DNA of 64,000 nt from the NCBI GenBank assembly GCA_036785375.1, contig JAWMAR010000596.1, positions 930,001 through 994,000 of the forward strand, given 5' to 3'. This DNA is from Leucoraja ocellata. Its lineage: Eukaryota. The notes beneath the pieces were generated by a model. It was not told the DNA's origin, searched no databases, and saw only the letters and a list, made by a program, of their open reading frames with translations. Shown here piece after piece: positions 40,097 through 53,004 of this stretch. The position numbers and the translations under genes were made by a program. Within the stretch, counting starts at the first letter, position 1, and each line of letters begins with the position of its first letter.

Positions 40097-40235
40097 CAAA
40101 GATCTTATAGTGGAGCTCCGCTATAATGGGATTATAGGACCAACATGGGTCCTATAATCACCCATGAATCTGCCCATGACCGTATTACGTGTTTTGCATA
40201 GGAGTGGGCCATCTTGCTCTGCTATAAGATCTTTG
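40097..40235. mobile_element. Short inverted-repeat element (MITE-like)
   Basis: caaagatcttatagtggagc ... gctctgctataagatctttg 20-bp TIR; no clear TSD. Confidence 0.55.
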
Positions 40236-40237
40236 AT

Positions 40238-40725
40238 ATTCTCTGTCTTCACAGCATAACAACGGAGGCGTTTGCCTGACTGTAGCAGCTGAAACAGTTC
40301 GTTGCTAGGGTGATAGGGGTCCCCCATAATGTTGCAGGCTCTGGATCTGCACCTTCTGATGTATAGTTCCTGCAGGGGGGCGAATGTAGTTCCCTTAGTG
40401 CATTTGGCTGAATGCACTATTCTCTGCAGAGCCTTCTTGCCCTGGGCAGAGCAGTTCTCAAACCAGATTGTGATGTTGCCGGCCAAGATGATTTCTACAG
40501 CCCCTGAGTAGAAGCACTGAAGGATCCTCAGAGAGACTCTGAATTTCCTCAGCTGCCTGAGGTGGTAAAGGCGCTGCCTTGCCTTACTCACCAGTGCGGC
40601 AGCGTGTGATGTCCATGTCAGATCCTCAGTGATGTGGACTCCCAGATAGCTCACCCTATCCATTTATCTCCAGTGGCATATACGTCCTCAGATGTTGTGC
40701 CCTTCTAAAGTCCACAATCAGCTCC
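40238..40725 (-). mobile_element. Rex/Babar-like LINE fragment
   Basis: YLGVHITEDLTW..KARQRLYHLRQLRKF..LLQSGKRLR. Confidence 0.85.
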
Positions 40726-42134
40726 TAAATGCGTCAGATTTCTACGTTCTCTCCATTAATCTCCTGTATATGTTTTAAATGTAGGCAGATTCTAGCTTTG
40801 TTATCTTCTCCTAATTCCACTTACCCCCTCCCTCATACTATTGGGGCTTGCATGCACTTGCAAATGGTCAAAAGAATGTCATCTCTTGATGAACGACCAA
40901 AAATTGACAATTGGGCAAATGATACACACACAACTTCATAAAATCCAATAATAATCTTGCATAGGAAGAGCTTGGCTTGAGTAGAAATTGATCTTGACAC
41001 AAGAATTGATATTAAATCTTCAAAGCCACTAAGTGCATGACAACAACCCTTGTGAGCAGTTATGGATGGGCAATGAATGTTTGCCTTGCCAGCAGCATGC
41101 ATATGCCAAAGTTAATCAACAAACAAAAGTTCTGGAGTAACTCAGCTGGTCAGGCAGCATCTCTGAAGGGCATGGACAGGCGGCTTTTGAGTTGGGACCC
41201 TTCTTCGGAGTGTTTGTAAGAGGGAGAGGAAAGCTGTAAGAGTGGGTGTGTGTTGTGGGGGAATGACGGGCTGCGCTATTGATGACGTGCTGCGCTGCTG
41301 ATAAACGCAGCCCCCAGCGATGCATGTTGGCGTTGAACCAGCCGACCCCTGTATGGTGCCGGTTCAGAGACCCACTCTTTGCGGGGCAGGTCCGAGCCGG
41401 GTGGGGCTGTGGTGTTCGGTGCAACAGTAAATTGCGGAGGTCACAAAGTCTGTTCCCAGCTGGTTCTCGATGCTCCTAGTGTGTTGAAACCGGAGCCACA
41501 GAGGGTCGCCGCGTGAAGGGAGAAGGGGCGACGAGACGGGAGAAGGGGGACTAAGTCCCAACGTGAAACGGTACCTATCCATGGTCTCCGGGTATGCTGC
41601 CTGACCTGCTGAGTTACTGCAGTACTGCAGTCTTTTTTGGTGAACCATCATCTGCAGTTCTTTGCCTCGATAAATTAGGAGATAAATACTATCTAATTGT
41701 GAGAAGATAATTCAGAAGTGTCTTATTTTTGTGTGTCCAAAGGCAAACAGTGCAAATTGTCAGATATTTCCCTTGTGTTAAAATATACTTATAATTGGAG
41801 CTGAATCTGATTTTTTTAGATACAAATGTTCTAAGCTAATGGTGAGAGTAAGATTTTGTATCTGGATTTGCCCTTCCTGTTAAACTTAAGATGCAGCCTG
41901 TGTCATTGCAAATGACAGATTTGTAATAATCAGTGCAGGAGTTTCAGTTAATAAGGTAACTTGTTAATCATTCTGATCATACAAACTTGGGCGGAATCGG
42001 TGGGCAAGATATGTCAGGAATGTGCTTGCATTCCCATTTGATGGTAATGCACACCTGAATAACTACAAAACGCTACCTTTTTTAAACATTTAGGAAAGTA
42101 GTCATTGTGAAAATCCTCAAAATAAAATTCCTAA

Positions 42135-42382
42135 TGTGCCTGTCCCACTTACGTGACCTTTTCGGCGACTGCTGGCACCCGTCATAGGCCGCCAAAAATT
42201 TTCAACATGTCACCAGGGGGTCGCCTGTATGTGAGAGGTCGCCAGTATGGTCGTGAGAGGTCTCCTAGTCACCCAAAGAGTCTTTCTGGTCGCTGCTGAA
42301 TTTTCAACATGTTGAAAATTTTCGGCGACCTATGACGAGTGCTGGCAGTCGCCGAAAAGGTTGCATAAGTGGGACAGGCCCT
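42135..42382. mobile_element. Palindromic Harbinger-like MITE
   Basis: TAA|tgtgcctgtcccactta ... taagtgggacaggccct|TAA; arms complementary over about 75 bp. Confidence 0.82.
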
Positions 42383-42793
42383 TAACTCTATCACCATCTG
42401 AAAAGTCTTCAGTCATAGGCCCTTAAGTATTGCTCGGAGATTTATGAATTCTGTAACTTTTTATTAAAAATTACAAACACACTCAATTTGAATAAGCAGA
42501 CACAAGAAACTGCAGCTGCTGAAATCTTGAGTGAAAATAACGGAGGAAGTCAGCAGATCTGGCAACATCTGTGGAGGGAAATGGACAGATGTCATTTTGG
42601 GGCCCTTCAGTCTAAAAAGTCTTCTGCCCATTTCCCTCCACAGATGCTGCTGAGTTCCTCCACCAGTTTGTTCTTTTAGTCAATTTGAATCCGATTTCTA
42701 CCAGTCAGTAATTATAGTTTTATGTTAAAGTTGCAAATTATATGTAACAATAATTGGATCAGGAAAACTTGTTGACTAAGTTATTTATTTTAG

Positions 42794-42886
42794 AGAATTG
42801 GACATGGTGATAGGAACTACGCAGATGCAGATCGATCTCCTATATTCCTGCAGTTCATCGACTGTGTGTGGCAAATGACAAAACAG
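42794..42886 (+). CDS. MTM1: Myotubularin coding exon (exon 12 equivalent)
   Basis: ttttag|AGA...CAG|gtgagt; 93 bp; [31 protein letters not shown]. Confidence 0.96.
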
Positions 42887-43044
42887 GTGAGTGTTTTGAA
42901 TTTCACTTTATGATTTGTTCACTATATGACAGACTGCTTGTGCTGAATATTTTGACAACTTCTGCATTGAAGATTTGAAAATATTACAAAAAGGTGATGT
43001 ATTACAAATTAATATTACGAATATTATTATATATTTACCCAAAT

Positions 43045-43500
43045 AATGAAAGGCCTGGATAGAGTGAATGTTGAGAAGATGAGATGACCAGAGACCATAG
43101 CCTAAGAATAAAAGGACGTATCTTTAGAAAGACGAGGAGGAATTTCTTTAGTCGCAGTGTGGTGAATCTGTGGAATTCATTGCCGCCGACGGTTGTGGAG
43201 GCCGTCAAATGGATATTTCTAAGGCGGAGATTCGCAGATTCTTGATTAATAATAATAATAATACATTTTATTTATAGGGCGCCTTTCAGGACTCTCAAGG
43301 ACACCATACAATTAAAACAAACATGAAACAAAAACAACATATACAGCAACAATACACAATTCGGAGATTAGTAAGGGTGTCGAGGGTTATTGAGGGAAGG
43401 CAGGAGAATAGGGTTGAGAGGGAAAGATTGATCAGCCATGATTGAATGGCGGAGTAGATGGGCCGAATGGCCTAATTCTGCTCCTAGAATTTATGAACTT
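43045..43500 (+). mobile_element. CR1 LINE 3' fragment interrupted by a short reverse-oriented retroposon tail (~43248-43365)
   Basis: MKGLDRV, RRNFFS..VVNLWNSLP; (aat)n tail of a second element inside it. Confidence 0.75.
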
Positions 43501-43804
43501 AGGTGCTCATTTAAAAAAAAAAGATTAGCTTTAAAGAGAGTACATTCACAGGACAAATATATTTGATTATGTTTGTTTCCAAAAATTATCATCTTGGAGA
43601 TTATGAGAAGCATTGACATTCCTGCAACCATTTACTTTCACTGGTGCATCATCATTTTGCTTCTCTAAGGCCAACTGAAGTTGTAGAGAGTTCAGATGGT
43701 AACTTATCCTCTGGGGAAGCCACGACTGGGGCTACGTGGAGTGATATTTGTGGTACTCACCTTAATGTAGGAGGAAGAGGTCAGTCACACAAAGGCTGGA
43801 AAGT

Positions 43805-44095
43805 AGTACCGGTTGCTCAACACTTTAACTCCACATACCATTCCCACACTGACCTTTCTGTCCTGCACCTCCTCCATTGTCAGAGTGAGGCCCAGCACAA
43901 ATTGGAGGAACAACACCTCATATTTTTGCTTGGGTAGCTTACACCCCAGCGGTATGAACATTGACATTTCTAACTTCAAGTAGATCTTGCTTTCCCTCTT
44001 TCTCCATCCCCTCCTCCTTCCCGAAACGTCACCCATTCCTTCTTGGCAGAGATACTGCCTGTCCCTCTGAGTTTTTCTAACATTTTGTGTCCATC
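43805..44095 (+). mobile_element. Penelope-like element fragment: GIY-YIG endonuclease C-terminus plus 3' repeat
   Basis: PVAQHFNSTYHSHTDLSVLHLLHCQSEAQHKLEEQHLIFLLG, then LHPSGMNIDISNFK* in a shifted frame, then cccgaaacgtcacccattcc repeat. Confidence 0.8.
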
Positions 44096-44261
44096 TGGAA
44101 AATAGTGTGTGTTTGTGAGTGTGTTGGGGGAGGTTGAAAGCTAAGAGTGGCTCTGTCTAAACCGGTAAGTCAAAATATAAAAGAATAACTTAAACAAAAT
44201 GGCTCACCTTAGCGTGCAAACCGTGGCTATTATTTTGTATTATATGGAATATAAATTGGAC

Positions 44262-44570
44262 TAGTTTAGTTTATAGATATAGCGCGTGCACAGACCCTTT
44301 GGCCCACCGAGTCAGCACTTACCAGCGATGCATCTACACTAACACTATCCTGCACACTAGGGACAATTTACAATTTTTACCAAACCCAATTAACCTACAC
44401 ACCTGAACGTCTTTGGAGTGTGGGAAGAAATTGCAGCATCCGGAGGAAACCCACGTAGACATGGGGAGAACGTACAAACTCTGTACAGACAGCACCCAGA
44501 CGTGGTCAGGTTCGAACCCTGTGGTTTCTGGCACTGTAAGACAGCAACTCTACTGCTATGCCACCGTGCA
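44262..44570 (-). mobile_element. tRNA-derived SINE
   Basis: Reverse complement of the 10293 family with a (tagtt)n tail. Confidence 0.75.
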
Positions 44571-44720
44571 ACACATAAACATTTGAACGTAGACCTGATT
44601 AAGGTTTCTCCACATATTGACTCTTACTCTGAGGTAAAGAAGTTTTATGGGTTAAATAAGTTTTACCATTGGAGAGTTTAATAAAATATGCTGAAAGGGA
44701 CATCTTTCTCTTGGTTCTAG

Positions 44721-44834
44721 TTTCCGACTGCCTTTCAGTTTAACGAGGTTTTCTTGGTTACCGTTCTGGATCACCTGTACAGCTGTCGGTTTGGAACCTT
44801 CTTATACACCTGTGAACAGCAGCGCTCGAAGGAG
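44721..44834 (+). CDS. MTM1: Myotubularin coding exon (exon 13 equivalent)
   Basis: ttctag|TTT...GAG|gttggt; 114 bp; [38 protein letters not shown]. Confidence 0.96.
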
Positions 44835-46020
44835 GTTGGTACAAATATGGTTTGATGACTTGTCGAGTGGCAATCACTATGGTGCATTCTGTGGTACTGC
44901 TCCCATTATGAATACTGTCTTTATTACTTAAACCCTGTGCTCAGTCACAAACTAGATTGGGGGATAGGGATAACGAGGGCACGAATCATGGGGCAGGCCA
45001 GAGGTATGGGGATAATAAAAATCTTCCATATTTCATAACTTAACTAAGCTCGTGTTATATGTGCAAGACTTTCTATTCCTTCTGGTTGCCTTTTCTTTTA
45101 CTCGTTTATTTTCTCTTCATCTGTTTGTTTTTAATTCAACTTGCCTATTTCTTTGTTCAGCCCAGTCTAGTTTCTCCATTCATGTTTATATTCTCTTATT
45201 CCCGACTTTTACTGTGCGTGCGACCAAGAGTCTCCCATATTTATAAAATCAATCGAGCAAGGGAAGAGATGAGGAAGCAAAGGAACTAGAATCTCATACG
45301 CAACATATTTTCTATTATCTTTTGCATCATATTTTCGATTCCAAAGCTCAAAATACAAAATTCCTGGAAAAAGGAGAGAATTGTAGCTTACTCTTATTGA
45401 AATATGTATGTTTGTGCTGATAAGGCCATTTTAACGCTGGGGCCATTATTTTTTTTCCCTTGCTTGTTGACTTGCTGTGTCGTTGTTATGTGCCTTGGGA
45501 CATTTTACTGCATTAAAGACATTTTATAAATGTAAGGAAATACTAATTTTGTGGGTTTCTTTTCCTGAAACTGCCTCTTTGCTTGTTTCCTTTGCTCTTT
45601 CTGCACCTGTCCACGGCCTCTTGTTTCTTTCTTTCTTTGAATGACGTGCTGTTTATCATTATTTTATTTCTGTACTTATAATTTCCCTCTATTGGTGTCT
45701 CTCTTTTCTGTATCTCACAGAATGTATTGTCTCTATCAAAAAATTTCAGATTTTGTACATCTTGAGATTCAGACCTAATAAAATCAAATTATCCTTTCTA
45801 TCCGTAGATAATGAATTATAGCTATCCACATGGATAACACCATAACTATGTAACTATCTTTACAATAAGTTCAGTATCATCTAATACATCAGTTTAGATC
45901 TATACTTCACTGAAAACATGAAGGGTTGGAGATAAAATATGCCCCATAATCTGATGAATCGTAAGTACTACTTGTGTGATTTTTTTTTATAAAGTCATTT
46001 ATTTTCTTTATTGATTCAAG

Positions 46021-46194
46021 GAGTTACGGAAATGGACAGTCTCCTTATGGTCTTTTACAAATAATGACATGGACAAGTACATCAATCCCTTCTATACAAA
46101 AGACCAGCGTGTGCTGTACCCAGTGGCCAGCATGCGACACCTGGATCTCTGGGTCAACTACTATATTCGTTGGAATCCTTGGTTCAGACAGCAG
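46021..46194 (+). CDS. MTM1: Myotubularin coding exon (exon 14 equivalent)
   Basis: ttcaag|GAG...CAG|gtatga; 174 bp; [58 protein letters not shown]. Confidence 0.95.
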
Positions 46195-46415
46195 GTATGA
46201 CGATGATCATAAAGGTATAATTCGGTCTTTCGTAAATACTGTATTTCTGTAAGAAAAAGTAAAGTTTTAAAGGTAAGAGCCAACAGAAACTTATTCTTTT
46301 TTCTGGGAAAGGACTTTGATTTGTCAGACAGACACCAAACTAAATGAATACAATGAATTCTTTCCATGAGATTTTGTGGCTTTCTTCATGATAAAGAATG
46401 TTGTTAGCGAATACT

Positions 46416-46722
46416 GGGCGCCATGGTGGTGTAGCTGGTGGAGCTGCTGCCTCACGCACCAAAGGCCTGAGTTCGAACCTGACCTCAGGTGCTGTCTATG
46501 TGGAGTTTACATGTTCTCCCTGTGACTGCATGGGATTTCTCCAGGTGCTCCAGTTTCCTCCAACATCCCAAAAGCACGCGGGTTTGTAAGTTAATTGGCC
46601 TTTAAATTGTCCTGAATTCATTAAGGAGGTTGTGAAAGTGGGATGACATAGTGCGAATGGATGATCGATGGTTGACAAGAACTCGGTGGGCTGAAGGGTC
46701 TGTTTCCATGCTACGTCTTTCA
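46416..46722 (+). mobile_element. tRNA-derived SINE
   Basis: A-box-like tggtgtagctgg, B-box gagttcgaacc, CR1-like 3' end. Confidence 0.75.
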
Positions 46723-49144
46723 ATGAATCTATCAATATGGCGTCCTTTAAATTATAGGAATATTACATCTTCTGTTAGGCTTTTCTGTGTTATTCATATG
46801 TTTTGCTTTAGATCTCAACTTAATCTAAAATACATTCTTGACTCTAGCTGATCTTGACATCTCTTCTAAGAGAAATAATTAATTTGCATGGTGTGATTTT
46901 ACTAGAAGTCGATCGGTATCTATCAGATTTTCTGTCGCATTTCCATCAGTTTGAAATGTGTTTTCTTGTCGTAATCACATTTTCTGTCACTGATCTTTCA
47001 AAGTCCTTTAATGTTCTGGCTTTGAAAAAAAAAAATTGCTTGCTCTTCGAAAGGCCCATCCAATTAATCCCTTCTCCAGGTCTGCCCTCTACACCTGTCT
47101 GTTGAATGAGGTTCACCTCTTTAACAAATGTTTGCCCCTCTGAGCAGACCTACTTGTGTACATAGGCGCATGAATGGTAGTACTTAAATCAAATGTTATG
47201 TTATTTCTCCTCGCATGTTCTGGATTGCAATTTAACACAAAGATAGCATAACCTCATGATTGTCACATTGGATTCAAGCACACCCACTGCAAACGGTGGA
47301 ACTAAATTTCCATGTGTAGCATTCAAGAAACTTGCCGGGGCAAGTTGTGCTCTACATTCTACACCATAAACCAACTAAAGGAATAGAAAATCTCAAGACA
47401 TCTCCAAAGAGACTGTTTTATCTTTAATGGAATCTGGAAGTTGTTGGAAAGACCAGATTTTACTGCCTATCCCAAACTGATTTTGAGAAGGTTGTCACTG
47501 TTGAACTGCTTTAAGATCATATTGCTCATCATGCCTTTGCAAAGCAATCCATTCAGTCCCCTTCCCCTGCTCTTTCCCTGTTGCTTTGCATGTTATTTCC
47601 CCTTATGTATTATCCAAAGCTTTTCGGGCACTGATCCTGCAGGCTGAGAACTCCAGATTGTAACCGTTCTACATGATAAATTCTCCTCACATCGTTCATG
47701 ATTTTTTTCCACATCAAATCTAATCACATATAAATCACATCAAATATAAATCCGCTGCTCCTTGATTCAACAGCTTCTCTCTGTTAGTTTTTCTAAACTG
47801 GACATAAATTTGTATGTCTCCACCGAACCACGTAAGGATCTTTGCTGCAATGAGCTTTTCTGGCCAAGCTATGTAAATTATTTTTTTAAAAAGGACACTA
47901 AGTGTGAGAGTAAATCAGTGGGTCAGGATCTGGTGAAAATGATATTCCACATACCTGTAATCATTCTAGAAAATACTTCTGCTTCTTTACTCAGGCCTTT
48001 AACTCTTTTCCTGTATTTACATTCATTGTCTATCCGTTTCTATGAAATGTGCATTCCAAACATTTTGCCAACTAAATATACGATGTACTTTGCCAATGTT
48101 AAAGATTTGGATGTGGAAATCCCTGTGATCCAGTACACCCTTTCAAACGGTGTCATTACGTAGCATTGCCCTCGTTCTCTTTACTAAAGCGAATCACACT
48201 TCTCTGCATTAAATGTCAACTTCCGCAGGCCTGCCTGTCCTGCCATCCCGGTCTCTATTTTCATTCAGACAACTTTGTGTCCATCCTGCAACTGCCTCTT
48301 TTAATTGTGCTGACCATCCTTTTATTTTGAACCTTATCAAAAGACATTTGAATATCAGTATAGATAACATCCAGTCTATTCCCATTATGCAGTATTCAGT
48401 CTGGTTAGCCAAGCCATTACCGGCTTTCTTTTATTAACTCAATGTTTGCCTAGCACCTGACTATTGTTTTAAAGGCTTCCATGCACCAAGATCAAACTGA
48501 TGGCCAGCATTTGAAGATATCATTATGGTTATTTTTGTACAAAGGTGTTGCCTTTCTCATTTTCCAGCCTGCTGTTGCTTACCCAGTATTAAGGGATGTT
48601 TGGAAGATTATGCTACAACTTCCTGCAGTATCCCCTCCCATTTCCTGCGGCAAACTAAGATGCTACTGACCTCCACAGAAAGGTCCTGACCCAAAACGTT
48701 GCCTGTTCATTCCCTCCATAGATGCTGCCTGACCTGCTGAGTTCCTTCAGCACCTTTTGTGATGCTACTGTTTAAACTGGGTGATGCTTGCCTTGCATTG
48801 CCAGCCTTTTAATACCTCCTTTTACATTTCATCTATTATTTTTACTGCCTTCCTTTTCACTGGATTTTATTATAATTCTTTACCATGAGAAGCATAAACT
48901 ACTTTATAAGTATTCCAGCCACGCCCACTGCTTCAGTGTGGAGACCACTTTCTTTAGTATCTAACTAACCCAATTCCTTTTGTTACTGCCTGCTATTTAT
49001 ATGTCTTGCCAGTCAGTTTGGGTTCATTTGTAAGTTAACTTCCGGCCACACGCTGCCATCTTGTTTTCCTTTTCACCTGCTATTAATTTGCTATTTTCAG
49101 TCAGATTCTCACTTGAGGCCATTTGATGAATGTAGCCCATACAG

Positions 49145-49510
49145 TTGATCAGCATAATCAAGGACCAGTCTCACCCTGGACACTCCCTCTTCTCTCTCCC
49201 ATCAGGCAAGAGGTATAGAAGTTTAAAAACACATACCTCCAGATTCAGGGACAGTCTCTTCCCAGCTGTTAATCAGACAACTGAACCACCCTCTCACCAA
49301 TTAAAGAGCAGTCATCGCCTCTCTCTACCTCATTGAAGACCTTCGAACAATCTTTAATCGGACTTTAGTGGATTTTATCTTGCACTAAACTTTATACCCT
49401 GTATCTGCACACTGTGGACAGTTTGATTATAATCATGTATGGTATTTTTGCTGAAATATAGCACGCAACAAAAAAACTTTTCATTGTACATATGACATTA
49501 ATAAATTAAA
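49145..49510 (+). mobile_element. Rex/Babar-like LINE 3' end
   Basis: IIKDQSHPGHSLFSLPSGKRYRSLKTHTSRFRDS. Confidence 0.78.
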
Positions 49511-49677
49511 CTGAAAATAAGGACATCAGGATTTTGGCATGATGACAATGAAGACATGGGGATGCATTTCTCATTTGTGATTTAAGAGGAGCTTTTGGAT
49601 GCGATCTGTGTACTTCTACCATATCCCTGCCAGAAAGCAAAGTCACAGATTTTGCAGCTGATGTCACTGAGGTCTTA

Positions 49678-50034
49678 AGGGCCTGTCCCACAAGCATGCG
49701 ACACCATGCGGCAAGTGCGACCTAACGTGGTCGCTTGAGCCGTACGGCCTCGCGGGGCCAGTCCCACTTCGATCGCCGTATGGAGTAGTGCAGAGCTGGT
49801 CCCAACATCGCGCGGGGATCCGAAAAACTGACACTGTCCGCAGCCGCATTGAGGCCATACGCACCGCCTCGATGGGCGTGCGCAGCGTCTTGACGACGTA
49901 CGCAGCGTCTTGACGGCGTACGCCTTCGCTCTAACTTCACGTCAACTCGTACGGGATCATTCGACCTCCGCGCGACCCCCGCTTCCGGTTTGGTTGCTCG
50001 CCGCATGCAGTCACATGCTCGTGGGACAGGCCCT
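49678..50034. mobile_element. Harbinger-like MITE with an exact TTA target-site duplication
   Basis: TTA|agggcctgtcccacaagcatg ... catgctcgtgggacaggccct|TTA; CpG-rich interior. Confidence 0.85.
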
Positions 50035-50039
50035 TTACA

Positions 50040-51315
50040 AAGTTAACTATCTACCAGTGGCACTAACGTCTGTGGTGATGAAGTGCTTTGAGAGGCCACA
50101 ACAGATCAACGGTGGATGCGATCTCACTGGCTCTCCACTCCGCTCTGGACCACAGACAACAAAAACTCGTATGTCAGGCTGTTATTCATTGACTACAGCT
50201 CAACATTTAAAACCATCATCCTGTCCAAGCTGGTTACCAAGCTCTCAGATCTGGGTCTCTGCACATCCCTCTGCAATTGGGTCCTCATTCACAGACCACA
50301 GTCTGTCTGTATTGGTGGAAATGTGTCATCCTCGATAACAATCAGCAAGGGAGTACCTCAAGGCTGCATACTCAGCACCCTGCTGTACTCTATACTCATG
50401 ACTGCGTAGCCGGGCATAGTGCGAACTCCATCATCAAGTTCGCCGACGACCCCACTGTTGTGGGACGTATCACTTATGGGGACGAGTCAGAGTATAGAAG
50501 TGAGATCGACCGATTGACCAAATGGTGCCAGCACAATAACCTGGCTCTCAACACCAGCAAAACCAAGGATCTGATTGTGGACTTTGGAAGGGGTAAGATG
50601 GGGACCCACAGTCCTGTTTATATCAACGGGTCGATGGTGGAAATGGTCAAGAGCTTCAAATTCCTGGGCGTGCACATCTCTGAAGATTTCTCCTGGTCCC
50701 AGCACACTGATGGAATTATAAAGAAAACTAATCAGTGCCTCTACTTCCTAAGAAGATTACGGAGAGTCGGTATGTCAAGGAGGACTCTCGAACATCTACA
50801 GGTGCACAGTAGAGAGTATGCTGACTGGTTGCATCGTGGCTTGGTTCAGCAACTTGAGCGTCCAGGAGTGGAAAATGCTGCAAAAAGTTGTAAACACTGC
50901 CCAGTCCATCATCGGCTCTGACCTCCCTACCATCGAGGGGATCTATCGCAGTCGCTGCCTCAAAGAGGCTGCCAACATCATCAAGGACCCACACCATCCT
51001 GGCCACACACTAATCTCTCTGCTGCCTTTAAGTAGAAGGTACAGGAGCCTGAAATCTGCAACATCCTGGTTCAGGAACAGCTTCTTCCCCACAGCCATCA
51101 GACTATTAAACACAACTTCAAACAACCTCTGAACTATAACAGCCTATTGCACTTTATCTGTTTATTTATGTGTGTGTGTGTATATATAGATTCTATGGTA
51201 TATGGACACACTGATCTGTTCTGTATTTATGCCTACAATATTCTGTTGTGCTGAAGCAAAGCAAGAATTTCATTGTCCTATCTGGGACACATGACAATAA
51301 ACTGTCTTGGTCTTG
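50040..51315 (+). mobile_element. Rex/Babar-like LINE with a degraded RT
   Basis: [45 protein letters not shown]; (tcttg)n tail. Confidence 0.88.
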
Positions 51316-51799
51316 CTCCAATCCATCTTGTCGTTGGTATATTTTGACAGCAATAACACTTAGGTGACACAGGGAATAAATGCTGAAGAAATAGATGGGA
51401 TGTCTTTCAAGTCGGCTGCTTTGTTCTGAAAGGTATTTTGCTAATTGGAACTTCGCTGAACTGGCAGGTGGAGAGTAATCCATCACACTTATGCCTTACA
51501 GGTAGTGGAAATACATGGTAAATCTCTTGCCTGTTCTTGTACTAATACGTATGGAACTGGTCCAGTTTAGTTTTTGTTAGTTTAGTTATTGAAATTGGCT
51601 GTGCAAGAATTGATCTGATCCATCAATTGCCATAGAATGTGACTGGGTCTGAGTTGATTGGAAGAGTTTGTAACATTGAATCCCAAAGCGATAAATCTGT
51701 TTTAATGTTCACCAGAGATATCACTGACCTGCTGATTTGCTCCATCACTTTGTGTCCTTTTGAGCTGCCATAGGTAGTCAAGGTAGGTACTATAACAAC

Positions 51800-52455
51800 A
51801 TGAAAAATTCACGAGTGGAATACATAGGATGAATGTGCATTGTTGGGGAATCTTGAACCATTGGACATAGGTTTAAGGTGATGGGGTGAAGATTTAGTAG
51901 AAACCTGAGGGGTAACTTTTTTACACAAAAGGTGGTAGGTGTATGGAACGAGCTGCCGGTGGAGGTAATTGAGGCAGGTACTATTTCAACGTATAAGAGA
52001 CATTTGGACAGGTACATGGATAGGATAGGTTTAGAAACATAGAAATTAGGTGCAGGAGTAGGCCATTCGGCCCTTCGAGCCTGCACCGCCATTCAATATG
52101 ATCATGGCTGATCATCCAACTCAGTATCCGTACCTGCCTTCTCTCCATACCCCCTGATCCCCTTAGCCACAAGGGCCACATCTAACTCCCTCTTAAATAT
52201 AGCCAATGAACTGGCCTCAACTACCCTCTGTGGCAGAGAGTTCCAGAGATTCACCACTCTCTGCGTGAAAAAAGTTCTTCTCATCTCGGTTTTAAAGGAT
52301 TTCCCCTTTATCCTTAAGCTGTGACCCCTTGTCCTGGACTTCCCTAACATCGGGAACATGGGGGGGGATATGGGCCAAACAGGCAGGTGGGACAAGTGTA
52401 GATGGAGCGTGTTGGGCATAATGGCCTGTTTCCGCGCTGTATGACTCCATAACTC
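51800..52455 (+). mobile_element. CR1 3' fragment split by a younger antisense CR1
   Basis: RGNFFTQKVVGVWNELP; interrupted after gataggataggttt and resumes at gggatatgggccaaac. Confidence 0.75.
52033..52359 (-). mobile_element. Young CR1 LINE 3' end (nested)
   Basis: FPMLGKSRTRGHSLRIKGK..FFTQRVVNLWNSLP; near-identical to the 38125 and 24523 copies. Confidence 0.9.
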
Positions 52456-53004
52456 TCTATTAATTGTTTACAAATACACAGGACTAGATGTTAAAAGTCC
52501 AAAGTGCCAAATATAAATTTACTCCCGATGTTGATAGGAGCCTTCTGCACTCACCTTTGCTCCTCCGATGTTGAGAAAGGCTAGGCAGACACATCATTGG
52601 GGTTATCAAGTGGGCACCTACTTTCATCGACATTTCGCTGATTGAACCCACGATGTCTCCAGTAGGCTCAGCGGTGCATTCTGGCGTCCCAGAACCACCC
52701 CCCCTTTGCATCTGTCTAGTCGGTTATTTGGGAGACCAAATGGGGTCTTTCCTCTTCAGCCAGAGCCACTGGGAATAACTCCCTCTTTATGTTTATTACA
52801 TAGTATTCTGAATTAATGGGAAGGAAATTAATTAATTTAATAGGATTTAATTAATTAATCCCAAATTAATGGGAAGGAAAGTTCGAGAAGGGATAAGAGA
52901 GTAAGGTCAGGGCCAATTGCGAGAGGGGACATGAAGGTTCATGGCTTCAGAATATCTGGGTCCTGGGAGGAAGCTACGTACAGGGTGATGTCCAGATATC
53001 CCCT

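Noticed and set aside
46018-46023. AAG-GAG tandem (NAGNAG) acceptor at exon 14
   Set aside because: GAG is a poor acceptor and there is no transcript evidence for alternative use.
46416-46490. tRNA-like A/B boxes suggesting a tRNA gene
   Set aside because: No cloverleaf; continues into a SINE body and CR1-like tail.
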